Origin: Callorhinchus milii
Lineage: Eukaryota
Direction of reading: 5' to 3'
Assembly (NCBI RefSeq): GCF_018977255.1
Contig: NW_024704743.1
Coordinates: 37,760,001 to 37,824,000 of the forward strand
Length of the DNA stretch: 64,000 bases
The notes below the pieces were generated by a model. It was not told where the DNA came from. It ran no database searches and saw only the letters and a program-made list of their open reading frames with translations. Below are positions 37,823 to 49,353 of this stretch, piece by piece. The position numbers and the translations under genes were made by a program. The first letter of the stretch is position 1; the number at the start of each line of letters is the position of its first letter.

Positions 37823-38295
37823 ATTGGTCAGCCGAGTCAAATGAGAACCCATCACCATGCTTAAGTGTATTCAAATCCAGACCGAGAGGTCCACATATGT
37901 ATGCCACCCACGCATGGAAATTTCTCTGCATCTGGAATGAAAAGGGCACTGTCTATCTCGAAGAAAACAGCCTATTTATCTAATTGGCAACAGTATTAGT
38001 TGCAGGATGGGGTGTGCCTTGGGGCCTCCAGACTGTACGTTGGATCCTGTTGGGAGTTAAACCAGTTAAAACTACTTAGCCTGCCACTGTCTGACAACCG
38101 CTGCTTGTCCAGCTAGGACCAGTCTACCCATTAGGGCTTGGGCTTGCAGAGTTAAACAGAAGCTGAGTGGAAAGAATCTCTGCCCCCAGTGACTGGTCTG
38201 TCCTTTCCAAGTCCTGCCGATGAGACAGGATGACTGTGCTTTCCAGTGCCCTGGAATACTGCGCACCTGCCAGGAACCAGACGACCGAAAACATC
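37823..38295 (-). repeat. Family X copy (diverged)
   Basis: TTGGTCAGCCGAGT..ACCCATCACCATGCTTAAG..CCCATTAGGGCTTGGGCTTGCAG..GTGCCCTGGAATACTG is the reverse complement of the 30465 copy. Confidence 0.8.
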
Positions 38296-38364
38296 ATGTT
38301 GTCTCCAAGAAGCATGCTAAATGTTCAAAGAAGTTACTCTAAAATGTGATGAATAAGTGTATAC

Positions 38365-38691
38365 ATAATAATAATAATAATAATAATAATCCTTGCATTT
38401 GATATAGCGCTTTTCACGTCGGGAGGACGTCCCAAAGCGCTTCACAGAATAGACTGTAAAGTGAATTGACTGTATATTTGTGGGCGAACGCGGCAGCCAA
38501 TTGCGCACAGCAATGTCCCACAAACAGTCGTAGATTGAAAATGATCAATTTATTATTGTTTTGTTTTGGAGGATTATTAGGCGTGTGGAGTAAGGAAACT
38601 TGCCCAAGGTTTCGCCCTGACCTGCCTGGAATTGAACTCAGGTCTCTCACTTGCAAAGCGAGTGCTCTAACCACTGAGCTACAGGACTCCA
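38365..38691 (-). mobile_element. Young full-length tRNA-headed Deu SINE
   Basis: Intact head, CpG-rich Deu core, GGGACGTCCTCCCGACGTG tail and a perfect (TAT)n. Confidence 0.94.
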
Positions 38692-38932
38692 CGTTTAAGA
38701 AAAAACTGGGCTTCCTTGAATATCTAGTGAATAAAGTAACCGTCCAGTGGAGCACTGACCGACACAGATTATCCTCTGGGGGAGGGGAAAAGGCAAGTGG
38801 GGTCTCCTTGGAGTTGAATTGGCTCCAAGGTGACATGTTTGCCAATGGAAAGTTGGAATCAATACAACCCTCTGTGGCGGTCTCCATAGTCTGATTCCTG
38901 AGCCAGGCAGTTGCACAGTATTCCAGGGCATT

Positions 38933-40056
38933 ACAACAACAACAAAATTACATTTGTATAGCGACTTTCACGTTGGGAGGATATCCCAAGGCGCTGAACA
39001 GACAGAGTTACGGATCCGAGCTGAAGTTCGGGGTGGGGGAGGATGGAGGACTGGTGGGGGGGGGAAGTAGGGAGATCGAAAGCATGGTCGAGGAGGAGGG
39101 CCTTGAGGTGGGTCTTGAAGGTGGTGAGGGTGGGGGCGAGACGGAGGGATTGCAGGATGGAGTTCCAAAGGGTGGGTGCAGAGTGGCGGAAGGCCCGCCC
39201 GCCGATAGTGGGGCAAGCAAGGCGGGGACGTGAGCAGGCTGGAGCCCGCTGAGCGGAGGGAGCGAGCAGGGTGGTAGGGGGTTACGAGGTCGGAGGGAGC
39301 AAGACCGTGGAGGGCTTTGAAGGTGAGGACCAGGATCTTGAACTGTATCCTATGGTAATCCAGTGGAGTTCGGCAAGTATGGGGGTGATAGGGTCGTGGA
39401 GTCTAGTGCAGGAGAGGACACGGGCTGCAGAGTTCTCGATGATCTGCAACCTGTGGAGGGAGGAGTTGAGGAGGCCGACAAGCAGTGAGTTTTCATCGTC
39501 CAGCCTCGATGTAATGAAGGCGTGTATGAGGGTTTCGGCGGCCTGCGGTGTGAGACAGTGGCGGAGCCGGGCGACATTGCAGAGGTGGGAGAAGGCAGAC
39601 CAGGTCATGGCGCAGATGTGGGGTAGAAAGGATAGTTGAGGGTCAAACAAGACCCCAAGGTACTGGACTGGCTTAGCAAGGTGGAGTGTTCTTCATGGAT
39701 GGTGATGCTGTCAGCGTCTGAGGTGAGGAGGCGCTGACGGGAGCCAATCAGGAGAGCCTCGGTCTTGTTGACGTTCAACTGAAGAAAGTTAGCTCTCATC
39801 CAGGACTTGATGTCTGACAGACATTCTGTCAGGACAGCAGTGGTCCTGGAGTCCAGGGTGGAGGCAGAGAGGTACAGTTGGGTGTCATCCGCATACATGT
39901 GGTAGTTGACCCCATGTCTGCGGATGATGTCACCAAGAAGGAGCATATAGATATTGAAGAGGAGGGGACCAAGGGCAGAGCCCTGAGGAATGCCACATGA
40001 GACAGTCCGGGGGCTGGAGGAGAAGCCATTTGAGGAAATGAAGTGCAAGCAATGAT
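38933..40056 (-). mobile_element. L2 LINE, 5'-truncated, inserted in family X
   Basis: GIPQGSALGPLLFNIYM..MYADDTQLY..WMRANFLQLNVNKTE; (CAA)n tail at the left. Confidence 0.93.
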
Positions 40057-40325
40057 GTACTGATGACAGCACAGTCAGCCTGGCTCATCGGCAACACTTG
40101 GAAGGGCAGATCAGTTACTTGGGGCAGGGTATCCTCCCACTCAGCTCCTGTTAACCGTGCAAGCCAAAGCCCTAAGTGGTAGGGTGGTCCCAGCTGGATA
40201 AGCAGCAGGAAAGCTTGCCAGTGCAATCAATGGCTATGGCGGACTTTTAGTTGGTTAGGCTCCAGCAGTACCCCAACGCACACTCTGGGGTCCCCAACCC
40301 TTGGCTCTTGCCAACCTGTGGCTAA

Positions 40326-40600
40326 AACTAGGGGTCATAGTCTCAAGATTAAGGGTCAGCCTTTTCAAACCGAGTTGAGGAAACATTTCTTCACTTAGAG
40401 GGTAGTGAATTTGTGGAAATCTCTACCTCAGAACATATTCAAGACTGAGGTTGATAGATTTCTAAAGTATAGAGGGATTAAAGGATATGGGGATAGGGCG
40501 GGTAAATGGAATTAGATTAGAGGATCAGCTATGATCTTATTAAATGGCGGGGCAGGCTCGAGGTGCCAAATGGCCTACTCCTGCTCCTACGTCTTATGGT
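40326..40600 (+). mobile_element. CR1 LINE 3' end, inserted in family X
   Basis: ACTAGGGGTCATAG..TTCTTCACTTAGAGGGTAGTGAATTTGTGG..GGCAGGCTCGAGG..AATGGCCTACTCCTGCTCCTA, the shark-type CR1 ORF2 end and 3' UTR. Confidence 0.88.
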
Positions 40601-41271
40601 CTAAAACATTCCGGAACCAGGTAAGCAGGATATGTCCCTCCAGGGAGAGAGTGCGCATTCCATTCCAACAATCAATCTCTGGGCTTTCTATGTGTAGGTG
40701 GGATGCATGGAAGTTTGGTTTGGGTACACTTAAACATGGTGATGGATTTCCGCATGTGTCAGATACCCGGCTGACCCCCCAAAAACCTCAGACTAGAATA
40801 CAGCTTCAAGTCCGAGTCTGTGCTGAATGAGCTTCAGCAAACCTGGGTTGGGGAGGATTCTCAGTCCTGCTCATTATACAGTGACACCTACTGAAATGTA
40901 CAGGAAGGTGACCTTGAACGAGGACAAGATGAGTCTCGGCTGCAGAGCCTCTGCAATTAAGTAGTCCGCAGACACTCATTGTTAAGACCAACTTGAACAC
41001 AGTACTGGCAAATGAGGTTTTAAGGAACCAGGGGGTGATTCCACTCAGATAGGAGGGAGGGAAGTTGAAAGGAGAGAAATGGAAAAGGAAAATTTAAGTA
41101 GAAATTAGCAAACATTTTTTAAACAAAAACCAACCTGATCTGCTTTCATGTTGGTAGCTTGTTTTAATATCTGGTACATTGTTTCAGCACTTGTGCAGTT
41201 AAACTAATTTTTGATCCTGCGTGTTATACTTTCACCACTTGGTAAAATACAGTCAAAGCAGCGTCACTTAC

Positions 41272-41368
41272 TCCCTCATGCGTTTCATCTTGGTCTGAGC
41301 CATGGTGCAGTTGAGATCGGTCGCTCCCTGGGGCATCGCTGGAGCCACAGCGGTGACAGTATCACTGT
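41272..41368 (-). CDS. NEK11: NEK11 penultimate coding exon (97 nt)
   Basis: TTTTAG acceptor; AC+SDTVTAVAPAMPQGATDLNCTMAQTKMKRMR+GA; GTAAGT donor. The GA+G split codon gives E and joins the last exon. Matches recalled human MARTKMKRMRE. Confidence 0.92.
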
Positions 41369-43744
41369 CTAAAATCAATGCAGAGACACACCGTGATGTT
41401 CACCTTTCTCATTTTGGCATCAATTTAATACAAGGACAATCAGAGAACTGCAATGAAATGCAGACAGTTCACCTTCAGCATTGCGGCCATTAATTAAAGA
41501 TGTGTTCAGAGATGTCTGTTCACATCGAATGCGTGTATAAGCAAGCAGTTTCAACATTTGTAGCTACCCTAATAGGGAGCTGTACAACATGAGGAAGATT
41601 TAAAAAATAATAATATATACATTTGCTCTTTTTTTTCTTCTTGTGTCAGACTCCAGCCAGGAACCCTGACAAGCACCAAGCAATAGTAACCACAGCTCAA
41701 GTGGAGGACTCCAACATTCCCCATCTATCATATTTCCCCAGAACCTTCCCCCAACTCCCTAGCCATGGCAGCAACACACATCGTACCTGGGTTTGACTCT
41801 TTGGAAGAGCTCACATTGGGATACAGGAGGGCTCCTTGGGATAAAAGAGTCATCCCCTCCAGGGAGCTCCCCATGTATGTCTGAAATTCAGCTCTGAAGC
41901 GATCTCAGATTGGAGTGACATAAATGGGGGTCTCTGGAGCAGACTAGATGCACTTTATCCAATGCTTTTCCAGTGCAAAGTTGTTTCTCCATGAGTGTGT
42001 TTTCAACCTCCTACAGCTTTCAAAATGTTGTCTTGTGGGAACTTTTTTTTTAAAAAAAAGCAATGTTTCTCCTCCCCCTTCCACCAAAGGCTCCAAAAGC
42101 ACCTACTTTCACTCATCACCCTCCCTGCAGCTATGAATGAACCTGTACATGTGTAGCTATCATTGCAAATCTAGAATTCCATGCCAAGAGGTACGACTAG
42201 TAGGGTAAGCCAGTAGCATCTTCCCCTTGTTACATTCTCAACAAACACTCTTTTATTTCAGCTCACAAGTCACAAATCAAAAACAATCCAACCAAAAATC
42301 CTCTACTCAGTGCGCCCTGCTTGCTGCTTTTCTACTTCCTGACCCCCTTCCATTAGTCCTCGTCTATTGGTTCTTATTGTCTTCATGAGTATCAAACACC
42401 CCGCACTAATTCAACATAGGTGCAAACCTGTACCTGGAGAAAAATACCCGCCACCTGAGTGAGTGGCTGTGAATGATGAGCATCAGGCCTGAGACTCAAT
42501 TTGTCACCGTCTGGTTGGGAATCAAGATCATAATATCTTAAACTAAAGTGGTGCTAATCAATACATTTCCTCCATGATTTTTTCTATGTTTAATGAAGTC
42601 CTATCACATGAAGTGTCTTGTCCCCAAAGAAACCGTAAGAAACTAACAAAACCAATCATATCAAACACTGGTTGGTGGTTGGGAAGGTGTTTGTCATGAC
42701 AATGCTGGAAATCTGAAACCCAGGTCGTATGAAAGAGAAGTCATTCAGCCTTGCTCCAGATCTGGCCAGACCTGACTCACAGTCAAATGATCTACTCATG
42801 CCGGAGCAAGCATGTTGGCTCTCCGGAGGTCACCCTGTTAACTGGAGCGTTCAGAAAAACAAGTCCTGAAGTCTGGAAATGCTGTGTGACAGGGGAACAG
42901 CACTCCATTTCAGAGCTCCAGGAATTTTGATGTTTCTTAGTAAGTGATTTTTCCAAAGGCGGCAGACTAACAGGGATGGACCGCGGTGATCAACTGGTCT
43001 CACAATCAAACAACCAGTGATCAGCCGGTCTCCTCAAGGTTTTCTTTCAGCAGTTGTTCAGCACAAACAGCCAATATGACTCCAAGTTACAACTTGCCGA
43101 TCCAGAGTCTAGGAAATACAGTTGTTGTACATTAATATTTGTGCTCCAGAGATTGGATTGTTTCCAGAGACAAACTAATTCTGTGAAAGGGGTATTGCAA
43201 GGAAAGTAGAGGACTGAAATGTGACACTACCTTCTCTATTGCACCCCATTTTCAGACTGAGTAAATATCATTAAATATAAAAGGTACATTGGAGCTGCTT
43301 GTTGTTGCAGCACCACAGGAGTTAAAATTATCTAACTAGAAATACACCTTATTAAATCGAGAGAATGAATGAGTCATTTACTAAAATCACGATCTTCAAA
43401 TGTCTACAATCTTGAATGAATAGCTTAAAATTTGACTGTGATAATATCAGTGACTATACTTAACAGTAATTATTTCTGAAGATCTGAGACGTTTTGACAT
43501 GATAATGTACTGTAAAATAAACCGCAATCCCTTTATTTATGGCATTCAGCACATGAAGGCATTGGCATTTGCTTTGCAGTTAATTCTGCACCAAATTGGA
43601 AAAATCTGGCAACATAATGCAGGAAAACAACCAGAACGTCATCACTATATGTCAGAGAGTTTGTTGATGAATTCGTAAACTTTCATATTTTTCACTTTGT
43701 TTTTTTTCTGGTATAAGACATGCTCTTGACAACCTGTGCTTGAG

Positions 43745-43920
43745 TAATCTTTGGAATTAGGTAAGCAGCATGAGTCCCTCCGGGGAGAGATGGCACATTC
43801 CATTTCAAACACAGGAAATTCAATGTGTAGGTGGCAATACATGGAAATCTCCGCTTGGTTTGGATACTCTTAAGCATGGTGATGGTTTTCTGCATGTTTC
43901 AGACCATCTGGCTAACCACA
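43745..43920 (+). repeat. Family X terminal fragment
   Basis: GGTAAGCAGCATGAGTCCCTCCGGGGAGAGA..TTTGGATACTCTTAAGCATGGTGATGG..GGCTAACC. Confidence 0.78.
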
Positions 43921-44029
43921 TAAAGGGAAGTTGAACTGAACAACTTTGTAAATTTCTTATAGGAAAAAAGGATTGGACAGACATTCCCATCAGAATGAAC
44001 TTCTTCACACACTGCTGACACTGGCATTT

Positions 44030-44410
44030 GCCTGACTCAATTGATAACATTCAAATGTCTGAGTTAGAAGGTTGTTGTTTCAAGCATTTTTGCTCATAGA
44101 GTGACACTCCAATGCAATGATGGGGAGGGATGGATTGTCATAGGTGCCATCCTTCAAATGAGACATTAAATCAAGGTCCTGTCTGCCTGTTAAGGTGGAC
44201 ATTAAATAAAAGATCCCATTGTATTACTCAAAAAGCGAAGGGAGTTTCTCCTGGTGACCTAGTCAACAATCCTCCAGATAAAATTGGTCATTCACTACAT
44301 GGCTATTTATGGGACATTACTGTTCAGAAATTGACTGCTGTGTTTGCCTACCTGACAATTTTTTGAGACTTATTAACATAATAGGAAGTCGCTATATTAA
44401 ATGCAAGTTT
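44030..44410 (+). mobile_element. Older Deu-domain SINE
   Basis: GTGACACTCCAATGCA..CCTTCAAATGAGACATTAAA..Deu core; degenerate. Confidence 0.62.
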
Positions 44411-45021
44411 TTTTTAAAATCATTATTATGCAGAAAACGCATCATCTGTTTCCTTATCCCTTCTGCCAAAACAATGCTGAGAGGATTTTGAAAATCAAAT
44501 GAGAAAATAAAGACAGATTGTAGTCAAGCAGACAGTGCCACCGAACAAGTACAAAATAAATAAAAATTTAAAAACAACACATCTCACAGGAAACATGCAA
44601 AATCCTGGGGGAGGGAGAGGGCAAACATCCTTAGCAAATACCAAACAATTGTTTGTTTAAAAAAAAGTGAAATTATTAACATCCAGAATCTAATAAGTAA
44701 ATCTATTTCCAATTCCAAGAAATGCCGCTGATGATTTTTTTGACACTCCATCCTAAACTTCAATTATGTACATTAAGCTATTTAAATGTGTTTCCTGAGG
44801 ACATTAGTATTGTATTGGTATTTTTTACTTGTACTTTTCTAATCTGTACAACCATGGTACCAGACTTGGATCAACATCCTTCATTCCCCTTCTTCCACAC
44901 AAGTGCATGGTCTTGTATTTTGGGTGAGTTGATGAGCTCATTGTAACTGGACCTGTATTACCTTCTTTAATTTGTCACAACAATACTGACTCCTCTGCAA
45001 ATAGAATGAAATAATCTTGGA

Positions 45022-46278
45022 CACGGCCGGATTAATCAATAAACCAGGTAAAGTATGCCTTAGGGCACGGAGGTCTGAGTGGCCTGGTTATGATTGACCC
45101 TTTTACCTCCTGCCTGCACCTCTCTTCCTGTCGCTTTATGCTATGAGGCAACAGGGTGAGCGACAGGAAGACATTGCTGTCACTCATTTGCCCTAACTCT
45201 CATCAGGTTAGTCGAGGCTATGCGGAGTGTTCGGGAAGAGTGGCGGAGCTGGAGTTATGACTCACTTGGTCTAACCACTTTGAGATACGACCGATGCCTC
45301 CAGCTCCAGCCCTCTTCCTGTCACTCACACGCTGCCTCATAGCATCATTCACCAAGCAGCCTCACCAGGTTGTACCTGGGATGAGGCAACGTGTAAGTGA
45401 CGGTAAGAGGGGCGGAGCTGGAGGTATCAGTCACATCCCAAAGTGGTTAGGCCAGGTAAGAGGCAGAGTGGAGAGCAGGAGTTATGTCTTGCAGCAATAG
45501 AGCTTATCTTATTAGTGTTGCAAAAAGGTTTTGATGCACAGTGTTGATGGATTTGTACAGTTTCTGGATTTCATATCATATAATAAGTGAGGAAATAGCG
45601 AGAAATGCTAACGTATATGAAACAGAATCACTTGGTGGAATCTACATTTCCAAATGTGGCAGTTGTTCTTCATATGTTCTTAACACGATCAGTAACAGTT
45701 GGTAAAGGTGAATGCTCATTCTCAATCAACATCAACAACTCACTAGATCTACAATGATCCAGGATAGATTGAATGCACTCGCAATCCTTCTATGGGGCAC
45801 GATTTGACAAGTACACAAGTTTTGATCATGTAGTTGAATGTTTGCAACTATGAAGTTAGTTTATTATAACAATAATAATCCTTGCATTGATATAGCACTT
45901 ATCATCGTTGAGATGTCTCAAAGGGCTTCACAAAATATACTGTAAAGTGGATTAGCTATATATTTTGTGGGCAAAATGGGCAAGCAATTGCACACAGCAG
46001 TGTCCCACAAACAGTCGTGGATAGAGTGACCAAATTGTTATTTTTTTTTAAAGGGATTATAACCCCCGGAAAGTGAGCCGCCAACAACAGAAAGAATGCA
46101 ATTTTAAGATGGCATTAACAGGAAGTCAGGGAGCATGGGTGGGGGGGGGGGGGGAAGGGCGCGGGGGCAGACCATGGGTGGAAACAATAAACTGTGACTG
46201 ACATTTATTGTTTAAAAAGGTTTTGATGCATATTTTGCATGCATAATTCAAAGGGCCCCCGAATGTGATCTGGCCCTG
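45022..46278. mobile_element. Non-autonomous hAT-type DNA transposon
   Basis: Imperfect TIRs CACGGCCGGATTA / TGATCTGGCCCTG (10/13). Flanked by the 8-bp TSD ATCTTGGA (45014-45021) / ATCTTGGG (46279-46286). Confidence 0.72.
45870..46085 (-). mobile_element. Deu SINE 3' part nested in the hAT element
   Basis: AATAATAATCCTTGCATTG..GTGTCCCACAAACAGTCGTGG. Confidence 0.82.
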
Positions 46279-46404
46279 ATCTTGGGGCACATACAATGCA
46301 TTCCAGAAAATGATTCCATTCAATGACTTGTTGGCATGTTTCGTGTCAAATGGACCTTATTAGCTAACCGTTAGTGATAGAAGGGGAAGATAGGTTCATC
46401 TCAC

Positions 46405-46465
46405 CTAATGAATCGCTCTCTAGGACATCCTCCATACATCTTACCAGGGCTTCAACATCAGTGTC
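46405..46465 (-). CDS. NEK11: NEK11 internal coding exon (61 nt)
   Basis: TTTCTATTTTAG acceptor; DTDVEALVRCMEDVLESDSL+G; GTGAGA donor. G+AC gives D and joins the next exon. Matches recalled human DSDIEALARCLENVL. Confidence 0.9.
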
Positions 46466-47349
46466 CTAAAATAGAAACACAGCAAGAGAATTCAGGCACA
46501 GCAGACCATCGATTACTGAGCGGCCTTCCATCCTCTCTGCTCAACAGTGTCCATTTCAAATGTCATCACATTAGCAGCGATTGCTGATCGATGGGTATTT
46601 GCAAAAGCCCTGGCAGATTTGAATACGTTAATGTTACAAAAATAGTCCCACCCTTATTGTCACTTGCACAGGCGTCAGCACTTTAAAAAAAACGTAATTA
46701 AACCAAAAATATCTATCTCATCACATTGAGTGGAAAATTGAGTCTCCTAATTATGACTTTAGTTTGATGACTGAAATGTTTGACTGCAAGTGTTATTTTG
46801 TACCACCGTAGACGTATATTAGCATGCAAAATGCTTTTTGAAAAAAACTACTTTCAGTGGGAGGGAAATATCAAAACTTAAATTTCATATATACTTGAAT
46901 CTGAGTAAATACATGGGTAGTTGGTATATGCAATTCTATATCAAACAATCTATCGTTGTTGAAGAATATTAATGGTTATGGGAGAACGAGCTAGATAGTG
47001 CGATCAGATCAGGTGGAGAAAAACATGAAGGCAGACTTGATGGGCTGAATGAGGAGTTTGTGTACTGTAACATTTTATTATTTCAATGGATAAATCAACA
47101 CTATTTGCCAGTCAACATTGGAGTGCGGCATTACTACAAACATGTTCAAGGGTGGGCAACATGGAAAAATATATTGCTGATGTTTCCTCGTCTTCTATAA
47201 AGCATTTTCCAGGGAAAAGGCAGGTAAGCAGTTATTAGTTTGTGCATTTAGAAAATTACAGGGTGACCAAAAAGTCATGATACCATTTTTAATAAGCCTA
47301 AAAGAAATGATGATAATTTTGTTTTTTTTGGATAATGGGGTAGTTATCA

Positions 47350-48056
47350 CGACCAAGACCCTCCTGATTGGCACCCGTCAGCCCTCCACACCTCAGACGC
47401 TGACAGCAACACCATCCATGGTTGCACACTCCCTCACTGAGCTAGTTTGAAACCTTGGCATCTTGTTTTACCCTCAACTGTCCTTTATACCCCACATCCA
47501 TGCCATGACTCACTCTGCCTTCCCCCACCTCCGCAACATTGCCTGTCTCCGCCACTGTCGAGACCCTCAAACACGCATTCCTCGCATCCAGGCTCGACTA
47601 CGCAAAGTCCCTGCTTGTCGGCCTCCCCAACTCCTCCCTCCATAGGCTGCAGATCATCCAGAACTCTGCAGCCCGTGTCCTCTCCCGCACCAGGCTCCGT
47701 AACCCTAACACCCCCATCCTCACCCAACTCCACTGGCTTCCCATCACACAGAGGTTCATGATCCTGGTCCTGCTTCAAGTCCCCCGCCTTGCCAGCCCCA
47801 CAATTGGCAGGCAGGCCTTCAGCCACTCTGCCCCCAGCCTCTGGAACTCCATCCCGCAATCCCTCCACCTCGCCCCTTCCCTTGTCTCCTTCAAGCCCTC
47901 CTCTTCATCCGTGCCTTCGATCACCCTCCTTCCCTCCCTGCCCTCCACCCTCCCCGATCCCGACCACCAGCTCAGGTTCGAAACACTGATTGTCAAGCGC
48001 CTTGGGACATCCTCCTGACGTGAAAGGCGCTATAAAAATGTAATTTTGTTGTTGCT
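47350..48056 (+). mobile_element. L2 LINE 3' fragment
   Basis: SRLDYAKSLLVGLP..LQIIQNSAARVL..LHWLPI motifs; L2 tail. Confidence 0.9.
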
Positions 48057-48419
48057 GTGTGCTGCATGCACTGTGGAAAAATTAATTATATACAGAAGAG
48101 CCAGGCAATTTTGAAATGGCAACCCACAATCGAATGGTTTGGTTGACATTATGAATCATAAAAGGAAAACAAGGACGGCTTTGAACATTTTCTGGACCCT
48201 GAGCTCCACTGCAGCTTTACACCTCTGAAAATTTGTTATTTTAGACAACAAAGCACATACTTTTGACAAGATTTCCTTCCCTCTGGTCTTTTTGTCTCCC
48301 TCTTGTCTCAATATCTATTCTTACAGTAAAGGAAAAAATGTTACAGAGGGGAATCATCATTCCACACAGCCCATTATCTCCTGTGGCCTATGGGGTCCAT
48401 CAACCCCGCACCACCCATG

Positions 48420-48730
48420 AAAACCTCCCGGGATTTGAAGGTGGGTAAGGGAGAAGGCAAGGCGGAGGGTTGAGGAAGAGAGTTTCAGAGTTTTGTGGCC
48501 TAGTGAGACCAGCTGGGGAGAACAGCGAGAAGGATAATGGAATAGTCCAGCTGGAAAGTGACGAAGGTGTGGATGAGGGTTTCAGCTGCGTCAGTTGTGA
48601 GGTACGGATGGAGGTGGGCAATGTGACGAAGGTGATAAAAAGTGGTCATGGTCAAGGAACGGATGTGGGGTAGATAGGAAAGCTGGGGATCGAACCTGAT
48701 GCCGAAGTTGCGCACAGGTTCGGAGAGCAA
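48420..48730 (-). mobile_element. L2 LINE fragment (older)
   Basis: Minus-strand PVRNFGIRFDPQLSYLPHIRS..AETLIHTFVT motif. Confidence 0.8.
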
Positions 48731-48737
48731 CTGTGCG

Positions 48738-49159
48738 CACAGCCCATCACCACACACACACAGCCCATCACCACACACAGCCCATCACCACACACAGCCC
48801 ATCACCACACACACAGCCCATCACCACACACACAGCCCATCACCACACACACAGCCCATCACCACACACACAGCCCATCACCACACACACAGCCCATCAC
48901 CACACAAGCAGCTCATCACCACACACACAGCCCATCACCACACAAGCAGCCCATCACCACACACAGCCCAATACCACACACACAGCCCATCACCACACAC
49001 ACAGCCCATCACCACACAAGCAGCCCATCACCACACACACAGCCCATCGCCACACAAGCAGGCCATCACCACACACAGCCCATCACCACACACACAGCCC
49101 ATCACCACACACAGCTCATCATCATACACACAGCCCATCACTACACACGCACAGCCCAT
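48738..49159. repeat. Minisatellite, ~19-21 bp unit CAGCCCATCAC(CA)n
   Basis: About 20 tandem units with a variable CA count. It explains the H/T/P-rich ORFs at 48699-49185. Confidence 0.95.
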
Positions 49160-49353
49160 TGAATTACATTACAACATATAGCTAAGAACAGCCTATCGCA
49201 TTGTAGTCCAACTCACTGCGCTCCCTGAAATCCCACACACACACTAAGTATCTTGCAGTGGGAAATCCCAATATAAACACAGAATAAACAGCCCGCCAGC
49301 ATTCAGTGAGCAGTGTGTGGTGGACCCTACAGAGATGTAACAGTACTTCTTGC

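Larger units (their letters stand above)
38765..40785 (+). repeat. Family X copy split into three pieces (38765-38932, 40058-40325, 40601-40785)
   Basis: The pieces are collinear with the 30465 copy once the L2 and CR1 insertions are removed. Confidence 0.82.

Noticed and set aside
48699..49185. 150-160 aa His/Thr/Pro-rich ORFs
   Set aside because: They are translations of the minisatellite.
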